NCBI GenBank assembly: GCA_030167865.1 | Contig: JALAGF010003010.1 | Location: 1-43,144 of the forward strand | DNA from: Craspedostauros australis | Taxonomy: Eukaryota | Length of the DNA stretch: 43,144 bases | Direction of reading: 5' to 3' | Part shown: positions 10,314 through 21,708 of the stretch, piece after piece | How positions within the stretch are numbered: the stretch's first letter is position 1 | Layout of the letters: every line of letters starts with the position of its first letter | Notes under the pieces: model-generated | Database searches by the model: none | What the model was told of the DNA's origin: nothing | The model's input: the letters and a program-made list of their open reading frames with translations, nothing else | Translations under genes and position numbers: made by a program

Positions 10314-10667
10314 ATGGCCAAATCATCCGCCCCAAAGCCAGACTTGGTGACAAGAGACTACACCATCCACCTCGCCAAGAAGACCCGCAAGCAGCAATTC
10401 TTGAAGCGCGCGCCACGAGCCATCAAGACGATCAAGGCTTTCGCCCAGGAGGCCATGGGAACCTCTGATGTACGAATTGGCACCGCCCTCAACAAGTACG
10501 TGTGGAGCACAGGTGTCAAGAACCCACCAACCCGAGTGCGTGTCCGACTCACCAGAAAGCGTAATGAGGATGAGGACGCAGACGAGAAGCTTTACACATT
10601 GGCCCAGCTGGTGCAGGTTTCCTCCTTCAAGGGATTGGTCACAGAGAACGTTCTTGACTCCGCCTAA
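10314..10667 (+). CDS. RPL31: 60S ribosomal protein L31 (eL31)
   Basis: VTRDYTIHL, KRAPRAIK, MGTSDVRI, LNKYVWS-G, RVRVRL-RKRNEDED, LYTL; 117 aa. Confidence 0.97.
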   Translation: MAKSSAPKPDLVTRDYTIHLAKKTRKQQFLKRAPRAIKTIKAFAQEAMGTSDVRIGTALNKYVWSTGVKNPPTRVRVRLTRKRNEDEDADEKLYTLAQLVQVSSFKGLVTENVLDSA

Positions 10668-10700
10668 ACAAATAGAACAAACTCAATGAAATGATGCGAT

Positions 10701-10720
10701 GTGACGTGACGTGACGTGAC
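10701..10720 (+). repeat. (GTGAC)4 pentanucleotide repeat
   Basis: gtgacgtgacgtgacgtgac just downstream of RPL31. Confidence 0.9.
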
Positions 10721-11293
10721 GGGAGACCCCAATTCGAAATCAGGTCATGTTCAGGCAACTGCAATCTCTCCACTGCCATCAATCAATGAGCGGATGAAGA
10801 TGAGCGCCTCTTTCGCTCAAAACGAGCAATGAAGTGGGCAGCGCAACGATTCCTTCTGCCCACACATGCCAATATGCCACCATCGCAGTACTCATATGTC
10901 TTGGTTTGCTCCTGACATGTTGTCTCTACTCCAGAAGTAACAACATCGCCATGGTGAAGCGGAACCTCCTGCAAGTAACGGTGGCGGCAACCAATCCCCC
11001 CCAATACGCCGACAGCAAATAAGTGTGGTAACATTACTCTTTTATTTGCGTATCATGTGCACCTACGGGTACGCGCACGGTTCTTTGAGCCGTGCTCGGG
11101 GTACGATCTATTCAAGTGAGTGCCATCACCCACGCATGGATTCAGCCATCGATGACATCTCCATGCAGTTCTTCTCGTACTCCAGTACGCTCGTGGAATA
11201 CACAGACAGCATGATGCCACGCTTGTTCCACCATGCGGTGCTATGCTCTACATTATACGTACACGTATACGTGCCACTCTACTCTCCTCTCCT

Positions 11294-12121
11294 CTATATC
11301 TTCCTTGCGATGTCTGCGGCAACCGTGCTCCCGAACGTAACCAACGACGACCATGGCTTGATCCACCACGCATCGAACTTGTCCTTGTTGTCCTTGCCGA
11401 TCAACTTGTCTGCCGCGTCGTTCTTGTGATGGACCTCATCTTCGCAGCAATGCTTCAGCATCCGCAGCAGCTCCGTTTGAGGTCCCGTCTTTTCCAATTC
11501 CCGAATCTGGACGAGGTAATGTTGCTCCACAAACGTCTCGACTGCTTCCACCGTTACATACAGTCCGTTCGTGCCGGCCACCATCGTCGGAAGATATCCC
11601 ACCAGCCAACCGGCTGCTTTCCAGACGGGCACCAGCACGGTGAACTTCCCACCTGTCAGCACCGTCTCGAACATCCGCAGATGGCTCATTTCGTTCGTCA
11701 TGTGCTGTGCCACGAAGTCGTACGCGGAATCGTCCTTGCCGTACCCTCGCGCACGCAGCGCTGACAAAGCGCCACGATAGATGTACACCGCACCCGTTTC
11801 TCCGGCCAGGTTGGAGCTCAACTCCGAATCCATCCAATGCCACTTGGCCTTGGGATCCTCGTAGGCGCGCACGGCATCGTCGTACGTGAAGCAGCAGTAC
11901 CGCGCGCGGATGGATGAGGATTCGCCTCTTGCAGATTCTGCCATCATCCACATCTGGATGATCTCCTGGCGGATCTGCTGGAAGTGGAAGCTGGGAGGTG
12001 TTGCATGGGTCGTGTGGAACCTGGAAGAGATCGCTGGCGATGATGAACGCCGTTGATGCACCATGGATCTTGCGCCGGCGGGACCGGGCCTTCGCAACTG
12101 CGGCGATCGAAGGGCATTCAT
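11294..12121 (-). CDS. COQ7: COQ7-like 5-demethoxyubiquinone hydroxylase (ferritin-like di-iron protein), probably mitochondrial
   Basis: Di-iron ligand pattern E (AGETGAVYIYRG), ExxH (EMSH), E (AVETFVEQHY), ExxH (DEVHH). R/S-rich N-terminus without acidic residues, resembling a mitochondrial presequence. Confidence 0.8.
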   Translation of the reverse strand: MNALRSPQLRRPGPAGARSMVHQRRSSSPAISSRFHTTHATPPSFHFQQIRQEIIQMWMMAESARGESSSIRARYCCFTYDDAVRAYEDPKAKWHWMDSELSSNLAGETGAVYIYRGALSALRARGYGKDDSAYDFVAQHMTNEMSHLRMFETVLTGGKFTVLVPVWKAAGWLVGYLPTMVAGTNGLYVTVEAVETFVEQHYLVQIRELEKTGPQTELLRMLKHCCEDEVHHKNDAADKLIGKDNKDKFDAWWIKPWSSLVTFGSTVAADIARKI

Positions 12122-13101
12122 TGTCGGAGTACGAGCTACGGTCGCGCTTGTGCTCGCAGTCGTACTCTGGTAAGCACGTGGTTCGGAGTTGGTGTGATTG
12201 TGGGCGATGAAGGTGCACGATTGCGAGAATTTTGCAATACGATCGGATGGGATTATCTGTATGATGACAGAATCAGTCGTCGCATCGACGCATACATAGC
12301 AGTATCTTCTCCTCTACTCCAATCTTCTCGTATCTGATCACCCATTGCCAGAAAAGAAGGAGGGACGGCATCACTCGACATGGGCAACATCATCATCACG
12401 TGCTTTCCGTTCGTCTGGCGTGCCATTGTCAATTTGTCTCGAGTCACGAATGCCAACACGAGAGGATTCGTGAATGGTATCGAAAACTAGAGTGCAGGCA
12501 GAGTGGAGTAGAGTTCTCCAAAGTAGACAGATCCTTCTGCTTAGCCAAAGCTCTAATCTGCTGCAGTACGACTACATACGTGTGGAGACATGTCAGACCT
12601 GCAACACTTGCAAGACCTCGATACTTTCTGAGTTGTTCCATCGTTGTTCTCGGCTCTCCTTGATGGCCATGTAGGTCTCAAGCAGAACACCCAACTATCT
12701 CGCACACGACATCCGGAGATCTTTGGAGAACGTCCCCGCACCAGAATGGCAAAGCCGACAAACTGTGCTGGACTTATCACGCCGCCGTAGAAGCGAACAA
12801 ACAACTGAACTTTTATATTCTATTATATTGGTGACTCGTACATGTGTCACGGTTGAACAGAGAACAGGAGGTCGAAAAGACATCAATCTCTTGGCAACAA
12901 CCGTGATACCTTCGAGACGTGCAAGAGCTGCGGGGGTGCAGATGGCGATGGCAATTGCGATTGAGATAGATGGAGAGAACGACACTGCGGTTGCTGCTGC
13001 TCTCTCGTGTCATTCTGGCAACGCATTAGTCGGTGCTGGCAACCAAAATCATGGGACGAATGCGACGTGTTCCAACAGCGATGAAGCATCAGCCTCTCCT
13101 T

Positions 13102-13418
13102 TGACGTGAGCAACATCGAATGCGATCGAACCTTTCTTGCAAGGGCGATGATTCAAGGTACGAATGTGATACCCTTCCCCTCTCCACGTGCCATGCAACC
13201 TTTGGTACCATACGATCGACGCGCAGGAAGATGCGCATGTACCAGAGCAGAGCGCTCTCAGTCCATTGCCCGATCACTCCAGGAAAGGCGAAACAGTTGC
13301 CCTGTCTTGGTTCTGCGAAGTACATTCTGCGACCTATCCGTGTCATGTTGGAGACGAGAACGGTTCTTGTCATTTGCGCAGCCAAAGCGCCTGCATCCGT
13401 GCATGTCTGTGACGTCAC
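13102..13418. promoter_or_regulatory. bZIP-type boxes (TGACGT, G-box, palindromic GTGACGTCAC) upstream of the cyclin gene
   Basis: TGACGT at 13102-13107, CACGTG at 13185-13190, GTGACGTCAC at 13409-13418. Confidence 0.3.
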
Positions 13419-14725
13419 GCCGCCGAGTGCCGAAAAAGGAGAACAACAACGAAAATGGTTTTGTTGTGGAATGCGATCGAACGAAACCTGGATGTTCCAC
13501 GCAGAGGAGGCACCAACTCGTGGACAGGGTCAAGACCACCAAAACAGCGCAGCCAACGATCTCAGAGAGAGAGACAACACGAACGAGACAAGAGGGAGAG
13601 AGACAACACCACAACCGAACACCCACGCTGCGCAACAAGGGTGGTGGTGGATGCGAACATCACACCGACAAACGAACACTCTTCCACTTCGCGCACGGAT
13701 CGTGGAGCGGAACGCGGTGGGCAAACCAGAACCAACCACGCAAGACAAACAAAACGAGAATGTGAAGCGACAAGAGCCAAGGAATCCGGATGAACATCGT
13801 CAAAACTTGCTGCCTCCACAACATCACATCACACCACATCACATCACGCCGCATCACGCCACAACACAACACCAAAAACCGAAGTTGATCAAACCACCTG
13901 ACAGCCTCCATGCGACGAGAAACAATCCACAGATCGCCTCCTCGCCAAAACGTGACATCTCATTCTTTGTGTTCCACAGAGCGCCCCTCCTCACGCCTCC
14001 ACGCCTCACACCTCACTGATTTCAATCTGCACTCGACATCTGTGGTAGTGCTCACAAATTCACCCACCAACTCCCGGCACCTGATCACCAACAACGCGAC
14101 ACAAGCCAATTGCACAGACAGATCATCATCTTTTGTCTCGCTCTCTCCATCAGGACGGCGAAATCATACTCGACGCACATACTTGCACGCACAGATTGTA
14201 CTCCTCGCGCACATCCCCATCAAGGAGATAGTCCTGCATAGCTGTGCTACACTATCCCTCCAACAGAGGCACAAAACAGAGTTTGTTGGCCACGCCGTTT
14301 TCTCTCTTGTTCTCTTCTCTCTGTGCTGAACAAGAGCCAAATCACCCGAATCGCGATCTCAACCCGAACCACCACACACCACAACGATCGATCACGACAA
14401 CACGTCTCGCTGCCAAAACAAACCGAAGCGAAACAAAACACGACACAACTACAGGGACCTCTCTGTGCGATCAACGAGTAAAAATACATCGCGTGTATCA
14501 GGCCGCGACGAAATACAACGAAACGCAAGCGGAGGCAACAAAACACGAACCAACACAACACGCTCTGTGCGAACCATCGTCGCCACAAAACTGAACAACA
14601 CCAACAACACCAACTATTATACAACCCACCAAATCCAATTCATGGGAAACACTCCGGCCACCTTGTTCACAATCTCCCACAACCACAACAATCAAAGTAC
14701 TTGCTACTCCTCACTCTCCATCATC

Positions 14726-16081
14726 ATGGCCGCCATGCTCGCAACTGTCTGCTCGTCTCCCGAGGCGTCATCTAACCCATCGTTCACGACCATCACCGCA
14801 TGTGCCTCAACTGAAGCGATCGTCGTGGACGACGACAACGAACACGGATGCGAAGATCATTGCGGATGCACAACGGCCAGCCACAACGACGATGATATCG
14901 TTCTCACGCAGCCGCAGCAAGATATTCGCGACCGCATCCAGCACATGAAGCGCCTCGAATCCACCACATACAACCGACACATCCATGCCGCTGATCCCTT
15001 CCTGCGAGCCGATCCGAAGCTCAACAGGACTTGGAGACGTCAGATGATCGAGTGGATGTACTCCATCGTCACGTACTGCAAGCTCGAACCGGAAGCGGTG
15101 CCAGCCGCAGCGTACTACATGGATGTCGCCGTCGCTGCATCCAACAACTGCGGCAAGAATGCGAAGGCGCTCATCGCAACACCGCAACAATATCAGTGCC
15201 TGGCACTGACGTCGTTGGCGCTGGCTCTCAAGGTCTACGACTCTCCCAACCAAAGATCGGTGGAGCTGAAGAGCTTGGTTGGGCTGGGCGACGGCAGCTT
15301 CAACGTTCGCGATGTCGTTCAAATGGAAGGCCGTCTGCTGAGGCTTTTGCAGTGGAAGATCCACCCTCCCACACCCAATTGCTTCGTGCAGCAATATTTC
15401 GCGTTGTTCGACACGCGCATGGAAAATGGCGCCATCGGTGATGACGTCAACAGCGCAGACATGGACGACGAATCGTCGCTTGTCAAACAGCTCCGTTCCA
15501 TCACCGATTCCGTCGTCGCAACATCCGTCGCAAGTTCCACCTTCACCCATTGCCAACCATCCAAGATCGCACAAGCAGCGATCGGCATGGCCATCCAACG
15601 ATTGGCGCAGCACATGCGAGACGACGATGAAGATGACGACGATGACGAGCACGACGACCATTGTGACCCTATGCCCATGATGGTGGAAGATGATTCTTCT
15701 TCCTCATCGACCGAATCCTCCATCTCAATGGCAGACCTGCAACGGTTCATGAAGCAACTGGAGTGGTTGGATGGAATCGACTCCATCACCCTGCAAACAT
15801 GTGCCATGCAGTGGGAACACAGCATGAAGTATGGAGTCGATTGCATCATGGCAGAAGACGATGCAACGACATTGCAGACCATCGTGCATCAAACAGGTGG
15901 CCAGTGGCGCCAACAGCATCGCCACTACAGCTCTGCCCGAAATGCAACACCCGCACTCACATCAACAGCAACGGCAGCAACATCTCATGCTGGCGCCTCG
16001 TCCACCGTGAGAATCAGCAAGATCTCGACAACACCAAGAGATTCCCCGATCCACGTTGGGCACTACCACGTGATATGCTGA
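14726..16081 (+). CDS. Cyclin, diatom-specific (dsCYC) type
   Basis: Cyclin box WRRQMIEWMYSIV...AAAYYMD...YQCLALTSLALALKV...DVVQMEGRLLRLLQWKIHPPTP, and a second fold PSKIAQAAI. Likely start MAAML at 14726; the ORF extends upstream in low-complexity leader sequence. Confidence 0.88.
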   Translation: MAAMLATVCSSPEASSNPSFTTITACASTEAIVVDDDNEHGCEDHCGCTTASHNDDDIVLTQPQQDIRDRIQHMKRLESTTYNRHIHAADPFLRADPKLNRTWRRQMIEWMYSIVTYCKLEPEAVPAAAYYMDVAVAASNNCGKNAKALIATPQQYQCLALTSLALALKVYDSPNQRSVELKSLVGLGDGSFNVRDVVQMEGRLLRLLQWKIHPPTPNCFVQQYFALFDTRMENGAIGDDVNSADMDDESSLVKQLRSITDSVVATSVASSTFTHCQPSKIAQAAIGMAIQRLAQHMRDDDEDDDDDEHDDHCDPMPMMVEDDSSSSSTESSISMADLQRFMKQLEWLDGIDSITLQTCAMQWEHSMKYGVDCIMAEDDATTLQTIVHQTGGQWRQQHRHYSSARNATPALTSTATAATSHAGASSTVRISKISTTPRDSPIHVGHYHVIC

Positions 16082-16384
16082 GTTTCGCAGCCAATCGCCA
16101 CCAACGCCGATGCGAAAATTTCGGACGCGCTCATCACCAGCATCCACATTGATTATCACCATCTCAACTCCCGCTCGTTCGTTTGCACATACAATAGAAT
16201 GCCAATAGTAGCGTTATTTGTACAATGCTCCAACGGGTACAACACATCACGCCTGTAACCTCAGCCATATCTATTACATGTGCCATTCGGCTGCAGTTTT
16301 TCGTGATGCACGCAGCAGCTATGTCCTCGAATGGACAAGAACCCTGCTGCCATTCATGGCACATGCATGGTTGTGTGCTCTCTG

Positions 16385-16400
16385 GAGAGAGAGAGAGAGA
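16385..16400. repeat. (GA)n microsatellite
   Basis: gagagagagagagaga. Confidence 0.85.
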
Positions 16401-16910
16401 AACAACGATGAGATCAACATGCACACAACGCACAAGACGGCAGTTGCGAAACTGATGCGGACAATTCCACATCGCCCTCCTCGCTCCAGCCCATTGATAC
16501 CAACGGATGCCAACGCACATCAGCACCAGCAGCAGTGCTTGTGCAGATGGCAGCTCGCACATGCCGTTTCTCACAGCGAAGAGAGGTCTTCACCAGAAGA
16601 CCCTTTTCTGCGCATTTGTGATCTATTTCCGTTAGGTCAGTCCTGGGTATCCGTGAACGAGTTCATCACACGATTGAATTGCTCCACAACGCGTTTGCGC
16701 TCAACGGCAGCTTTGGTGGTGGCAACAACGACCACGGCAACTGCATGGGCGATCCAAATGAGATGCAGAAAGGAAGGAGGGGCCTCAACGAAAGCACGCC
16801 GCAGTTGCTGCCAACAGAGTGGACGCAAAGAACAGATCGAGCACCACGGCTCGTACTCCATGACGCATCAACGCTTCTCGTCCGTCCCGCACAAGCAGCA
16901 CCAATTCCAG

Positions 16911-16929
16911 CTCTCTCTCTCTCTCTCTC
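16911..16929. repeat. (CT)n microsatellite
   Basis: ctctctctctctctctcc. Confidence 0.85.
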
Positions 16930-17207
16930 CCTGTTGAGCAAGCCATCATCTTCCTCGTGGACTGAACGATTCCTCATTGGGTAACAAGGCGCTGCATCAC
17001 TTCCTCCAGATACGCCGCGTTTGCTTTGCGCTGGCTCTTGTCTTGCCTTGCTTAGCCGCATCTACAAGGAACCCTAACTCTCTCGAGTGCCATAAGCGTT
17101 GAGTGAGAAGGAAGGAAGGAAGGAAGGCAACCAGGTGCCACACTCTGCAATACTCCATACTCTACTCGAGTACGCGATCAATACTTCGCCAACAAGTGGC
17201 AACGGCC

Positions 17208-20151
17208 ATGACGACAACCAACCGCAGGCGGACGTTGGGCAGCGGCTCCAGCAGCATCCTGCCTCAAATACACGATCAATTCGGCAACGAAGCCAGCTCC
17301 CGGCAGCAGCAACAGCAATGCCATGGCCAGCTGCGGTCAAGCCACACGTACGCCGATAAAAAGGGAAAACCAAGCTTCGTGTATGCGAGGAGGGTTTGGA
17401 GGGCATTGCTGAACTCCTCACCAAACGTTTCTCCGAAGATGGCGATCCAGCTCATTGCGGCTCTCTTGGCAACGTTCTTCATAGCCAAGTTCTTCTCAAG
17501 GCGGAATCATCATCGTGGCTATCTCCAGGTCTTCGCCCATCGCTCGCTTCGTCCGTTCAGTGACGCTGACGCCGAGTATCTCATGGTGGAGATTCCCAAA
17601 TTCGGCGACAAGATCGGGGACGTCGGTGGTTGGGCATTGCCATCCAACTTCTACCTTCCGGGCGAGCTCGAAGACAAGAAACGTGCCAAAAGACCGAACC
17701 ACGGCGGACTTCAAATTGACGAGCTCCCCGCGGAAAATTTCTTCCGCGACATCCACTGGAATGAGACGAAACGATACAACGAACACCGTGAGGAATACCT
17801 GGAAGACGTCCGCAAATGGATCTCCGAGTCGCAGATCCGCAGTGTAGACCTGGCTGACAAGCCGCCGAAAGAATGCCGCCGCGCCAGCTGGATCTTCGAC
17901 TATCACCCCAACTGCAACGCAATCCACGCAATCGACATGACCGAAGACTTCCACGAGGATCGGACAGGTCTGGGAGATGAGCAAATTCACGACTCCTTCT
18001 ACATCAGCCACGGATACTTCCGTGACGCTTGGGTGGTGGAAACCATGCCTCACATCGCCTATGCCCGATCGGTCCTCAAGATGTCGCGGTACAAATACGA
18101 TGTCAAGCAAGGCACGTTGGATGTCACCTTGCGAGATGCCCTCGTGATGGAGAAGCTGAACGGATCACCGCAGATTGTTGACATCTACGGCCACTGCGGC
18201 ACCGCCGTGTGGGTGGAGGCCATGCCGTACGAAGTGGAGGAGTATATCGTACCGGATTCGGGGTACGCCAAGCAGAAGGAGCTGGACGAGAAGCCCGACG
18301 TGGAACCGAGAAATGATTTCTCGGTTGCTGAGAAGCTGCAAATGGCGCTGGAAATGGCGCAGACGTTGGCCATCATGCATGGATTCAAGGATGGTCTCAT
18401 GTGAGTCGCCTCGCACGAACTGGTGTTGGGCGTCGTCGTCGTCGTTACTGGTGTCGTTCTTTCGTTTGCTCAGTCTGAAAGAGATGCAGGGGAATCGCTT
18501 GGCGAAATTGACATTGGTTCGTCGAGAATGTTGAGCAATAGATTAGTGGATGGACGAGCGGATAGGCATAGCCGACATGTCAAAGAGGGCGTTCGCTGGA
18601 TTGTCGGCCGCCCACTCACACTCGTATTCCTCCTCCCTCCCTTTCTTTCTTCATATCAACTTCGACAGTATTCACGACGACGTGCAGCTGTGCCAGTGGC
18701 TTCGGTCAGAGGAAGGGTCGTTGAAGCTTGGAGATTTCAACCGTGCGGAAATACCAGAATACAACGTCACGAGCGGACAGTACTGTCGCTACCAAAATGG
18801 AGCAGCCTACGGGAATGTGAGTATGATGTAGTATCGTGCTGCGCTTCTGAAGATTGTCCTCGGGTGGAGGAAAGCCGTCTAGGGCACTCTTCTCTACGAT
18901 TCTGTGTGCATGCATTGGGCCCGCATGCCATATACCAAACCACGCCGCATCTCACGTCAGCCCCTCGCTCTAATTCCCCAATATCTCTTGATGGTACATC
19001 TCGTGCCTTGACCAAACCGCTCTGCCCTCTCTTGCCAATCGCGCTGCCTCGTCACCCTTCCTTTCCATCATATCCGTAGTACCGATCACCTGAGGAGTTT
19101 GCAGATCTTCCGCTCACGGAACAGCTCGACATCTTCTCCTACGGCAACAATCTCTATGGAATGGTGAGTGGTGCAGTGCCATAACGCGAGCATATCATCC
19201 TCGTTCATGCCTGATTAACCGTTACGACCCAACATGATCGAAGCAGATTCCATTTCTGGCTTGCTCACGCACAATTGCTCTCGCATCTGTTTTGCTATGT
19301 GTGCACACTTGTACATTTGTACACTGCCCGACATTCATGTTCGCCGTTCACAATTCCATCCCGCTTCTCACATTCTCCCTCTCCGCCCACGTAATTGTAC
19401 GTAATTGTACGTAATTGTGGCGGAATCTGCTTCTCCTCGCGCACCACGATGCATGGAACACGTGAATCCACGTATTCATGATTCTTCCTCCTCCGATTGC
19501 TCTGCACCGTTCGCACCTTTTCTCTACTCTGCTGTACTCTGCTCGACTCTACACTAATCCACGATAATACATTTTCAGCTCACGGGGTTGTGGGTGTTCT
19601 ACGAAAATGAAGACGACTCAGTCGTCCACGTAAGTGGGCCTCCTGCCATCAAGAGGGTTGTTCGTGAGCTGTCACGATTTAAATTGCATCGCTGGTGCCA
19701 GCGCAAGTACCTGTGTCTCATCGTTTTCGCGCGTACATCCGTGATAAATCCTCATCCAATGTCACCTCTTTGTCACTGTCGCTATCACCATCCCTTGTTG
19801 TTGTTATCCTTCGCCACCATCTTTCGCCTATGGGCCTATTTGTCCAACAAACACTGGTTGTGATGGTGTCGATACCGTACATCCCCATGCCATACCGTTT
19901 GTACCATACCATGCGTACTAATGCTCTGTCACGCACAGAGTAAGTTAATCGATAGAAACACATCGTACATCGATCCGAGGTACGAAGCCCGAAGCTATGG
20001 CGAGAAGAAGCTGGTGGAAATCATCCGACTGTGCTGGGAGTACGACCCTGACAATCGCATAGACATCTTCTCCATCGTCAAAATGTTGGAGGAGATTGTG
20101 AGGGAAAACGAGAGGATCGAAAGAGAGGAAACGACCAAGCAACTTGGTTGA
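17208..20151 (+). CDS. Type II membrane-anchored atypical protein kinase (PKDCC/VLK-POMK-like), 5 exons
   Basis: Exons 17208-18400, 18669-18816, 19080-19163, 19579-19629 and 19939-20151, joined by GT..AG introns, give one continuous frame. It reads: TM IQLIAALLATFFIAKFF; HGYFRDAW; SVLK; RDALVME; VDIYGHCG; IIHDDVQLCQWL; LKLGDFNRAE; YRSPEE; DIFSYGNNLYGMLTG; CWEYDPDNR. Confidence 0.85.
18401..18668 (+). other. Spliceosomal intron 1 of kinase gene (268 nt)
   Basis: GTGAGT...pyrimidine tract...CAG; splicing restores GLIIHDD. Confidence 0.85.
18817..19079 (+). other. Intron 2 of kinase gene (263 nt)
   Basis: GTGAGT...TAG; splicing restores YGN-YRSPEE. Confidence 0.85.
19164..19578 (+). other. Intron 3 of kinase gene (415 nt), containing (ACGTAATTGT)3
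   Basis: GTGAGT...CTAAT branch point (~19554)...TTTTCAG; splicing restores YGM-LTGLW. Tandem 10-mer at 19389-19418. Confidence 0.85.
19630..19938 (+). other. Intron 4 of kinase gene (309 nt)
   Basis: GTAAGT...TACTAAT branch point (~19916)...CAG; splicing restores VVH-SKLID. Confidence 0.8.
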
Positions 20152-21708
20152 ACAATGCGAAACTCCTCGCCCTCTCTTCCATACTCGGAGCTCGTACCTC
20201 CTCGCACGTACTATGAAGATATCTTTGCCATACTCGGATGAAGGTGGAATCGCTCTACCAACGAAATATATTGGGTGGCTGTTCCTGATCGAAAGAAGCC
20301 TCCGTCTCCTACGGAAGGAATTGGGAACGGCACCTTCGCACAGTGCCCTACGTGCACCTCTCACCAGAGATTTGCACGATGCGACAATTGCGAAGTGCGA
20401 TGTTGTCTCATGTTGGGGCACATCAAGAAATAGATGTAGGGTAATGGTAGTCGTAGGATCGTGAGCAGTCGCAATCGTAATCGTCGTATGGAATGCACTG
20501 TACTAACATTGGTAGAGTGGAACAACAATATACAAGCATCCATGTGCCTGTTCCACCCAGATCTCCTCTCTCCAGAACTCAAAGGAGTATCATCCCAACA
20601 CAAGAAGGATACATCCGGTAGTAGCGCTTTCGTCGATGTCAGACATGAAATGGAGGGGTAGTATTCGCCATTCCACCGAATGGGACTGCCACGGATCGCG
20701 TCACGACCGCAACAGAAACCGTGAGATGTCCTCCGAAAAGTGAACAGTAGTTTGAAAAGGCGAACCTCGGCCATCCCAAACCAACGAACAAGACAAGTTA
20801 GCCCATTCGCCGGGGCGCGTGCGAGGAGATTGCATTCGCTAATTCTGGGAGGACTGCCCCTTCCTCACATTTTAACAGGAGGTTGGAGCGGATTCATGCG
20901 TACTTGAGAGATGCGGATCAAGTTTAGGTTGCCGTTGTCGTTGTCATTATCATTGTCGTCGTTTCATTTTGCGAGAAAGTAATGTTGCTTGGTGTGGCTG
21001 TGCTGAGGCAACATGGTGATGTCGATGTTTGGGTGCTATTATGGTATACCATTCTATTGGTATCATGTAGTCTTTTTTAGCGATTTCGCTTGGTACCATC
21101 CATCCAGACAACGCAGCAAAAATTCAAACAGACAGAACCAATGCATCAAAACCGCGCCGCTCAAATGCACCCTGGGACTGCACAAAACGCGTGCAACAGT
21201 CACGACATCAATCAATCGGTGAATCGATCATTCAATCAATCAAGTGACCAGACAATCAAGCGACCAGGCAATCAAGCAATCAAGCAGCGCCGCTGCTGCC
21301 GTTCTCATCATCTGCGTTGTCATCAGCTCATCGGACACAAGAGACGCCGCTGTCGACTTCAAGACATCCAGGCATCAAGGCAGATCACAAAGACGCCAAG
21401 ACACCGACAGCAACCTTGGCCAAGGGGCGCGTCAGCGTGACAAACGGAACCGGAGCAAGCTCGCAGAGTAGTCGGGTTGGGGAGCACTCCGACCCCACAC
21501 AGCCAGCTGAGAAGGCATTGGGCCATCCAGCCATCCCAAGTGCGAGAGCCACACTCTATCTGACAAACGACAACCAATCGGACAATCCATACTGTTCCGC
21601 ACCGCACCGCATCACAGTCTACCCCACGCCGCTCTTCTACCCGTTCCATCCGGACGTTAGAGTGCAACTTGAGAGCCTCGGTGCCCATTAGCATCAAGAG
21701 CGTTCGCC

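Noticed and set aside
10690..10920. Possible C/D snoRNA downstream of RPL31
   Set aside because: Imperfect C box (ATGATGC), no suitably placed D box or terminal stem.
10834..11022. 62-aa ORF with a hydrophobic segment
   Set aside because: GTG start, no in-frame ATG before the upstream stop at 10801; lies between convergent 3' ends.
13106..14594. 219-299 aa ORFs upstream of the cyclin
   Set aside because: Low-complexity T/Q/H/R composition from CAAC-rich non-coding DNA; no recognizable motifs.
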